Assembly: GCA_951406725.2 (NCBI GenBank) | Contig: OX597820.1 | Span: 85,002,001-85,066,000, forward strand | Direction of reading: 5' to 3' | Origin: Octopus vulgaris | Lineage: Eukaryota | DNA length: 64,000 nucleotides | Shown: piece after piece, positions 55,817 to 64,000 of the stretch | Layout: every line of letters begins with the position of its first letter | How positions within the stretch are numbered: position 1 is the first letter of the stretch | The notes under the pieces: generated by a model | What the model saw: only the letters and a program-made list of their open reading frames with translations | Databases searched by the model: none | Told to the model about the DNA's origin: nothing | Program-made: the position numbers and the translations under genes

Positions 55817-57569
55817 TTTCATAATTTACTTTCCAACAAATATAAGCAGTTGTTAAATTTATCAGATTACAGATAATAACTGGCATCTTATCCATTGTTG
55901 AATTTTATATTGTTTGTTGTACCATATTTTTCAGTTAGTTTCAAGAAAACTTTCCGAATTGTCAATTTTATCAATTCTCTTGATATGTATTGTGTTATGA
56001 TTTAAATACAACCGATTAGAATATATTTTCTGCCATACTTAAGATGTTCTACGGTTAATACAGAACATTTCGTTTATGTTTACTTATATACAAGACGCTA
56101 CAAAGAAGAACCGATCTATAATTGTTTCTATCAATACGTAGTATAGCTATATCATGAAAGTAATGCTATTTTTCCCTTTTCTTCCAGTCACCTACAATTC
56201 AGAACTACCTGCATGGTGTTGAATGAAGATAATAGATATTTCAAGCTCCGTATCATCTGGGAGCAGATATTTCAATGCTTTTACACATTCCGAATTCCGC
56301 AACATATCATCTATGATTGTTATTTGAATCATATACTTTCCCCCGTTTTCTTCGAGGATATTGAATAAATTCCGTCAGATTTTCATGCAATGAAAGTTAG
56401 ATCCTTTCATTCATAACCATTTTATTTGGGAAGCACTAAACAAAACGATAGATTTGATACCACTAAATATCTTTGTTACAAGTATAAGGCTATTTACTAT
56501 TACCGATATTTTCGTATACCCATTATAACTTCACCAAATGAAAAGATGTGAAAACTATTTAAACATAAACATCTTTCTTTAAGTCGTATTTAAGTAAAAG
56601 TTTCTTGACAGATTTCGTTCAGCAAAGAATCACAGTCAATTCCTTTTCATATATTTATGTCAAGTCTAATTTTGTTTTTAATGGTGATAATATGGTTTTC
56701 TACTGTGTCTATATAAGCACATAATAATCTTTGCAGTCAGAATAGTTAACCATTCCCTTTCACTGAAATAACTGTTACTTTAACTGATGCATGTAAAACA
56801 AATACAAGCAGTATGTAAATACACACACATTGCACTAGACAAAAAGCATAACTTTAGCATTCATTCTCTCAGATTCAGTGCTCCTGTCTTCAAACATGTT
56901 GAGTTTTGGTTATCTAGTGAGCTAGATCCGTTAACATCACACATTCCTATTTCCTTCAATTCGGCTGACCATGTGTTTATACGTGGCTCAGGAAACGTAA
57001 GAAACACGCATCACAACAAAGCATAAACAAAGCATCGGCAGCAACTTTACACATTATAATCAAATCACATATTAATCATTTTGATTTCCCCAATGCACTT
57101 TCTCCTTCGTTCTTTCCATCTTCAATTAACCGTGATTATCTGCAAAGTAGAAGTACTACGGGAAAATGAAACTGTTAGTTAGAATCCACACTAATTGTGT
57201 TTGGATAATGAAGATCAATTCTATTAGATGCAGATGTGTCATATTCTACGATGTATAATGACATTCATTTAGATCTCAATATATTTGAGAATTTGATAAC
57301 GGCTTGTATTATGTGATTGTGGTCGAACTCCCAATTGCATTAACACAGTACGTTGGCCTACTCTGCCAGGAAAGGATATTTCATTATACTACATTAACGG
57401 AATTTTATATAATACACACTCACACAAAATTATATAGAGAAACATACACATTAACAAGCTTATATATGTATACGTATATACATATTAATATATAAGTATA
57501 AACATATTTTTATATACATAAGAATGTTAGTTATTATATTTATATGCGTGGATCTATGTAAACAAGTAT

Positions 57570-58130
57570 GCAAACAGGTCGCTTCTAACGCACCGCCGAT
57601 TTACAGATGACGTCGCACACATCGCCGAAAACCCAGATAGGCTACAAACCAATAGCAGAGCAGTCGGCGTTAAAATAAAGAACCTGAAAAAAAATTACCT
57701 GCGGTCCAAAGACATGACGCAAGGCTGAATACAGGTGAAAGTTTATGTTTTCGAGGAGGTTAATTGGTACGTTATTGGGGGCACAAAGCATATATATATG
57801 TCGGGATATGAACTCTGAAATCGTATGCTCGAAGTAAAATAGTAAAAGATCCTACGTACTAGTGCCGTCATTACGAATAAAACCTCTAGCTTTATATGCA
57901 AGTGATACGTGGGCTACAAGGAGAAGGGAGGAATATTTATTGCCTGTGAGGCAAGCTAAAAATACCATTGCGGGAGCGCATCTGAAATGTGTTGGACTCG
58001 AGGATGAAGTGTGATTAACTACCTCATCATCATAGAATAACGAAAGACCATGTTTCACTGAACCTGGAATCTCGCAAGCTTCATAGACAACTGGAGGACG
58101 TGTCCAGTCTCAGTGTGTATGCAAGTGATA
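57570..58130 (+). mobile_element. RTE-clade LINE RT fragment
   Basis: LLTHRRFTDDVAHIAENPDRLQ (FADD), VGVKI, YVFEEV and IKPLALYASDTWA motifs in order. Confidence 0.75.
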
Positions 58131-60202
58131 AGAAAAAGCTACTCAGCTAAACAACAGCACCATTATAAAATACCTAAGTGGAAATATCAACTTCTTTGGT
58201 GGAAGGTGGTAAAAAAATCTATGCATTTCTTGACGTTCTTTGCAGCCCGTGCGAATTTGATTGGTGTACCGGAACAAATCTTGTAAAAGAAATATATACT
58301 GTATAAAAATGTTATCGTTATGAAATTTTCCGTAAATTTCAGTATGGAAAAGTAATAGCCCCTCTTGGACTTTTACTCTGGATTCCATTTCGGTGCGAAA
58401 ATTATGCATGGCTAGAAAATATTTTAGCAAGCTGCAACAGTTGCAAAGTACTTGGAGGTAGAAACAAGTAGTTGTTGTTCTCGACACCGCAAGATCGAGA
58501 AGGAAGTAAATCTTAGACGACTGATTTATTCCGTGTTAATGTCTGTTAGTATCAGGCATGTTAAAGAACACTCATAGTCTGAAACCCATTGCAATTATCA
58601 TACAACACAGGAAATTTAATACATAGTGCATCTTGTAAAAATGCATGCATCCCACAGGATAGCTAGGGAACACTGCAACCTGACTTAGTGTGTTTACACT
58701 TACTCCTATAAAGCTAAAATATTTCTCCGTGTCAAGATAGAGTAAATGGCTTTCTAACGGAGATTCAAATATGCCTCAGTCATTTTTGAACTGGTAACAT
58801 GTTTATATATATATACGTCACAGCTTATATCTATTATTTATTTCATTATGCCCGAACCGTTTACTAGCGCAATCAGTAACAGTATACTGACTGGAATATA
58901 ATAAGAAGAGAAAACTGTCTCGGGTCAGTCTCTTGCCTCTATCCCTTCCATTGTCTGATGTTGAAGAGGAGATAACCACTCCGAAATGCATACATGCATC
59001 CATCAGTCTGGTTAAGGGTTGCTTCGAGCTGATTTACTGTGTGTACAGTCTTGATCGGAAGCAAAACTAGAATTTTTTCCGTTCATTTGAGACCGTGCTC
59101 CAGCTAAGCCATTACAAGTATGCTTTTAGTCATTAATCATTCAGTCGAATGCTTCCACTCTATGAAATCCACCCTCTGAGCATCATTCAGCCCTCACTTG
59201 TTCAAATCTGAATATTAATCGCATTATATCCCCTCCCCTACCTATCATATCTTAGTGAAATGGAAACTTAATAAGACACGAAAAGCATAAAGAAATCAGT
59301 TATCTGTCATGAAAATAAAGTCGAAATCTTGCGAAATTATATTTGGAACAGACTGTCAGACCAAAAGAAAACATACTCGGCTGCCTCTATGCTGGTTGTT
59401 GCATAGAAATTTTAATCGATACCAAGCATCCTTTACAATTTTAAACATTTCGAGATTGGAAGCTAAAACAACACCGGTTGGACTTGAACTTCAGATTTTA
59501 TGACATGGAACTGTATATAGCAAAATATATGAACCGAAATGCTCACCAGTTTTACCAACATGAAATTAAATGAAACAAAGCAGCGTAATAATAAGATTTA
59601 CAAAAAATAATATCCCAAAATAACTGTGGAATATGTTTGTCTCTTTCTAGAGGAGACTGAAGAGTGCAATGTAATTCATTTGATAACATAACAATGGCTT
59701 TTGTGCTGCCATTAAAAAAAGCGACCTGCTGCCATTGTTGGAGAATATTTTCTGCAGTAAATGTTGTAGCTGCTATTATTATTTGTTTCTTTTTTCTTTT
59801 TTTTCCTTTTTTGTAAGTTGACATTGTTGTAATTATAATTCATATAATTACATCATCCTTTTGATTCAGCTGTTTATTCTAAGTGTATTCGTTTAGAAGT
59901 TTACTATTATGTCTGTATTTCTGTAAACATGTACTTCGCTATCTGTGTATACATGTACTTAGTCATTGTATATACATGCACTTAGTGATTTATTAACTTG
60001 GAGCATTTTGCACTCAGTGCATTTCAAACAAAGAGTTAAAACAAAACAAATAAAACATGATATACAGAATAAAGATATTCTGAAACGATATTTTAATGAA
60101 ATATGAAATAGCCTATACAACTACTCAACACAGCCTCCATATCACATTTTGCCTGAACTCCAAGTTCTAAACAATATTTGTTTGTAGATCTATGTCTATG
60201 CT

Positions 60203-60212
60203 GATATTATTA

Positions 60213-60273
<61 letters not shown>

Positions 60274-60475
60274 CATTATTGTTATTATCATTATTATTAT
60301 TATTGTTGTTGTTGTTGTTGTTATTTTTGTTGTTGTTATTTTTGCTGTTGCTGTTGCTGTTGAAGTTGTTGTTCGTGTTATTATTATTATTGTCATCATC
60401 ATCATCCTCCCCATCATCACCATCGTCATCATCATCATCATCATCATCTTCCTCATCATCTCCATCATCATCATC
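60203..60475. repeat. Compound (TAT)n/(TGT)n/(CAT)n trinucleotide array
   Basis: direct inspection; explains the poly-L, poly-N and poly-I ORFs. Confidence 0.95.
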
Positions 60476-61429
60476 AAAATTACTGATAATTTCGATCAAA
60501 GCTATTCAAAGTATTTCAAAAGTTATAGGAAAATATCAAATATGAATTATTAAGTTACTTTGCATCTAAATATTGAAGATTATAAATAAAATCCAGTGGG
60601 AATTAAGAAGCATTTATTTGCAGCCCTTCTAATCGCTCGGTATTCTTTTTTTATTTTCAATTAAATATGTTCTAATATATAATAAATTCTGATAATTTCA
60701 CACAAACACACACAAGAAATATATAGATAATGAAAGAAGGCATATAGCGTATCTATTCAAATTACTCGACCACATATATATTGCGCTATGTGCTCAGACG
60801 TCCACACTTACTCTTATGAAAACCCAACTATACATAGTTTGAGTATGTTGTTTCTAGATAAGCCTTCTACGCAGCTACGATATTTCCGCTTACCTGGATA
60901 CTCCAAGTTCTATTTAGAAATCGCATATTTGCACATTACCTTCCAGATTTTTACTACTACCATGACCCTCAGACTTAGCGCATTGAACAATCGCATCTTT
61001 CGTTGATGAAACAGGAATGAAGCCGAATGTAGGTAAAGTTGTTCCATTAAACATGTTTTAAGAACACTATTTCTTTCAAGTAACACAGAATTCTTTTCAG
61101 GCATTATAAGTCCAGTGCTCATTGAAATCATCGTTATGCCATTAACGATTTAATTTAGTTCTTTGACATTCCTGATAAATAGGAGTTTCTGTGTCTATAA
61201 CCCCGCTCGTGTTATTAACAGGTAATACTTTCTCAACAGATATTACAAAGCAGCATCGTGTTCGAGGATTTGACATTTTCTCCAGTGCTATTTCTCGAAT
61301 TGATACCTTCTTTAGCAACTCATGAGAGTGAAATATAGCGCTGAATCAGGGTTCTTAAACTGAAACAGCAACATAGGAAACTTCGTATGATAAGACAGTC
61401 AGTAATTAATACAAAATATATGAGAATAA

Positions 61430-63540
61430 ATTATATACGTGCTGACTGCCAGGACAGGACGTAGTTGAAAGGTACTGGTTAAAAAAAATTAGTAGATTGC
61501 ATGTGAGGCTGAGGGAACAAATTATAGATTGCCCTAATGAAGGACTAAAATTAGATTGGATAACTAGAGGGAGAACGGTATTCCCTATGGAAAACTATAT
61601 CAAGGGTAATACCGATAGCAATTACAGACCAATCACTTGCTTACCGTTAGTGTGGAAGCTGTTCGCAGGAATGCTTTCATGAGGTTTTTACGAGCACCTT
61701 GACAACCAGAATTTACTGCCAGAAGGACAGAAAGGTTGTAGGAAGAAGGCGAGAGAAACATATGAATTATTATACAAAGACAATGCAGTTCTAAATGAAG
61801 TAAAATCTAGAAAGAATAATCTAAAAATAGCATGCATAGATTATAAGAAATCTTATGATATGATCCCACACTCATGGAAAAGTGAATGCTTGAGTATTAC
61901 AGACAGCATATTGAGAATTAATTAGACAGAGAATTAATTGGAATTAGCACGAAGAAATGGAAAATAAATCTCTACAAAATGGGAAGTAGATTTCTACAAT
62001 TTTCCAAGGAAACTCGTCATCCTCTTAATATTTGTCTTATGTTTAATCACCTTCAGTTTAGATTTAAAGAAGGCAAAGGAAGGGTATCAGTTCAGAAATA
62101 CTAAAGGTAGAAATTAACCATTTGCTAGATGAATGATCGGAAGCTTTGTAGTAAGAAGGAAAAATAGATGGATTCTTTAATACATAGTATAAGACACATT
62201 ATAAAAAAAATAGGTATGGCATTTGGCATAGATAAATATGCAAAATTATTCATGAGAATGGGACATGTAGTTAAAAGCAAAGGCATCTAATTACTAGATG
62301 GACATGTATTAAAATCGTTGGAATGAGGAGAGGGGTATAAGTACCTAGGATTATTACAATGTGATAGAGCACTAACTATAGAAATGAAAACGAAAATTGA
62401 GAATGAGTACATCAGAAGGATGAGGACGCTGGGGAGTTAAAGCTAAATTGTCTGAATCTAGTAATGGCTGTAAATATATGGGCAGTATCGTTGCTAAGCT
62501 ACTCAGAAGCTTTGTACATTGGACTAAAACTAGATTAGCAAAGCTTGAAAAAATAACTAGGAACGGATTCGAGAGGAATGGAGGACTCCACCCACGAGCA
62601 GGATTAACAAGATTATACTTACCTAGAAGGGAAAGTGGAAGAGTGTTAATATCAGTTGAAGACTGCGTAGAGTTAGATATAAACTTCTATGTAGGTAATC
62701 GTGACGAAAGTTTATTAAGAGCTGCTAGAGTCACAACGGGACATAGGGAAACCAAAAGTCAAAATAAAGTTAAAACCAGGAAAGTGAACAAATATAATCT
62801 GACTGATAAAAGAAGGCTCTGCATGGTAGATTCCTAAATATATTTGCAGCAAATAGTAGTAGTGGAACATAGTTATGGTTGCAGAAAGGAAGGTTGAAAA
62901 GGGAGACACAGAGTTTGTTGGCAGCAGTACAAGATCAAGCATCAAGGAATAACTGGATACAACCCATAATGGACAAAACTAAGTGGATTCCCAGAGTAGG
63001 TCATGCAAATCAAAGGAAGAAATATTTACTCATATAGTAAGTGAATAAAGCATACTCGCACGGAAGGATACAGGAAAACACATGACAAACTAGGGAGAGT
63101 AATCCACTGGGATTAATGGAGGAAGCTATTATTTTACCATACTGATAAAAGGTATGGACATGAACCTTGTAAAGTACTAGAAAGTAAGAGACACAAGTTG
63201 CTGTGGGACTTTAATATTCCGAAGTTAGAAGGCCTTATTTAGTGGCAGGAGATAAAGAGAATAGAAAGTGCCATATAATTGACTTTGCAGTCCCAAATGA
63301 TAAGCAAATAAAGATGTGGTACAGAGAAAATAGCAAGGTACCAGGATTTAGTTATTGAAGTACAGAGACTATGGAAAGCGTGGGTAAAATATATCCCAGT
63401 AATTATAGGTACATTAGGAACTATCCCTAAATATTTGAAATGGTCGGTAGAGGAAATAGGCATAAAACCCAGTCAGTTATATCTCCAGAAAACTGTGATA
63501 TTAGAAACATTAAGGAGACTTAGGGTTTTGACATGTAAGA
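61430..63540 (+). mobile_element. 5'-truncated R4/Dong-type non-LTR retrotransposon (RT, Zn knuckle, restriction-like endonuclease), decayed
   Basis: NYRPITCLPLVWKL, QKGCRK, IDYKKSYDMIPHSW, YKYLG, LHPR..RLYLPRRESGR, RKTHD..VIHW, LLWDFNI, IIDFAVP, KIARYQDL, PVIIGTLG, LQKTVIL. Confidence 0.9.
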
Positions 63541-63631
63541 TTACATATTGTTGTTCGGTATTAGGAATGTTTCTATTCTTGCAGTTTTATCTGTTGCGAG
63601 CGTAATAATGAAAATGATAATAATAATAATA

Positions 63632-64000
63632 AGAGACCTGGATAAATGTGCAAAAGCTACCTTTATCAAAGGAAAATTGACAGAAACATCTAACGTTAAC
63701 CTTGACAAGCAGAACGTCATAAAAGAGTTAGAACTACAAATACCTAGGGGTAATTGAAGTGGACGGAATCAAACAAGCAATGATGAGGGAAAGGATCAGA
63801 AGAGAATGTTATCGCAGAGTGAGTGCTATACTGAATACAGAGCTGAATGCAAGAAACAGGATCGAAGCAACCAATGTTGTAGCCATACTAGTGGTGACTT
63901 ACAGTTTCAATATCATTAACTGGCCAATTACTGAAATATTTAATCTTGACAGAAAAATACGGACACTGTATGGAATACACCACGCTAAGGCAGATATAAA
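63632..64000 (+). mobile_element. Second 5'-truncated R4/Dong-type element (runs off the window)
   Basis: begins right after (TAA)n; LDKCAK, YKYLG, YRRVSAILNTELNARN, YSFNIINW, LDRKIR, HHAKADI. Confidence 0.88.

Noticed and set aside
57570-57740. CpG-rich stretch with CCAAT and TGACGTC motifs, resembling a promoter
   Set aside because: Translates to the RTE RT FADD region; better explained as a LINE relic
60167-60545. Poly-D/N, poly-L/S and poly-M/I ORFs
   Set aside because: Compound trinucleotide microsatellite; no coding evidence

Overview
AT-rich, microsatellite-laden eukaryotic DNA. The tRNA-derived SINE families and the density of Penelope-like elements suggest a cephalopod, probably Octopus; this is an inference. 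I can support no host protein-coding exon. Nearly all ORFs in the track are (TA)n/(TG)n read-throughs or transposon relics. The window is a transposon graveyard with many Penelope-like element (PLE) RT and GIY-YIG fragments, and several mariner derivatives and MITEs. It also holds an internally deleted Helitron with both termini, RTE and CR1-like LINE scraps, two tandem R4/Dong-type LINEs and at least three SINE families. The most interesting signal is not in the ORF track: about ten type I hammerhead ribozyme motifs (HHRs) in PLE terminal repeats. Two have canonical cores. Others keep well-formed stems but replace the conserved C3-G8 core pair with compensatory A3-U8 or U3-A8 pairs. One U3-A8 motif lies in a ~480-nt terminally redundant non-coding unit that resembles a retrozyme. 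All structures were read by eye, not computed, and boundaries of decayed elements are approximate.
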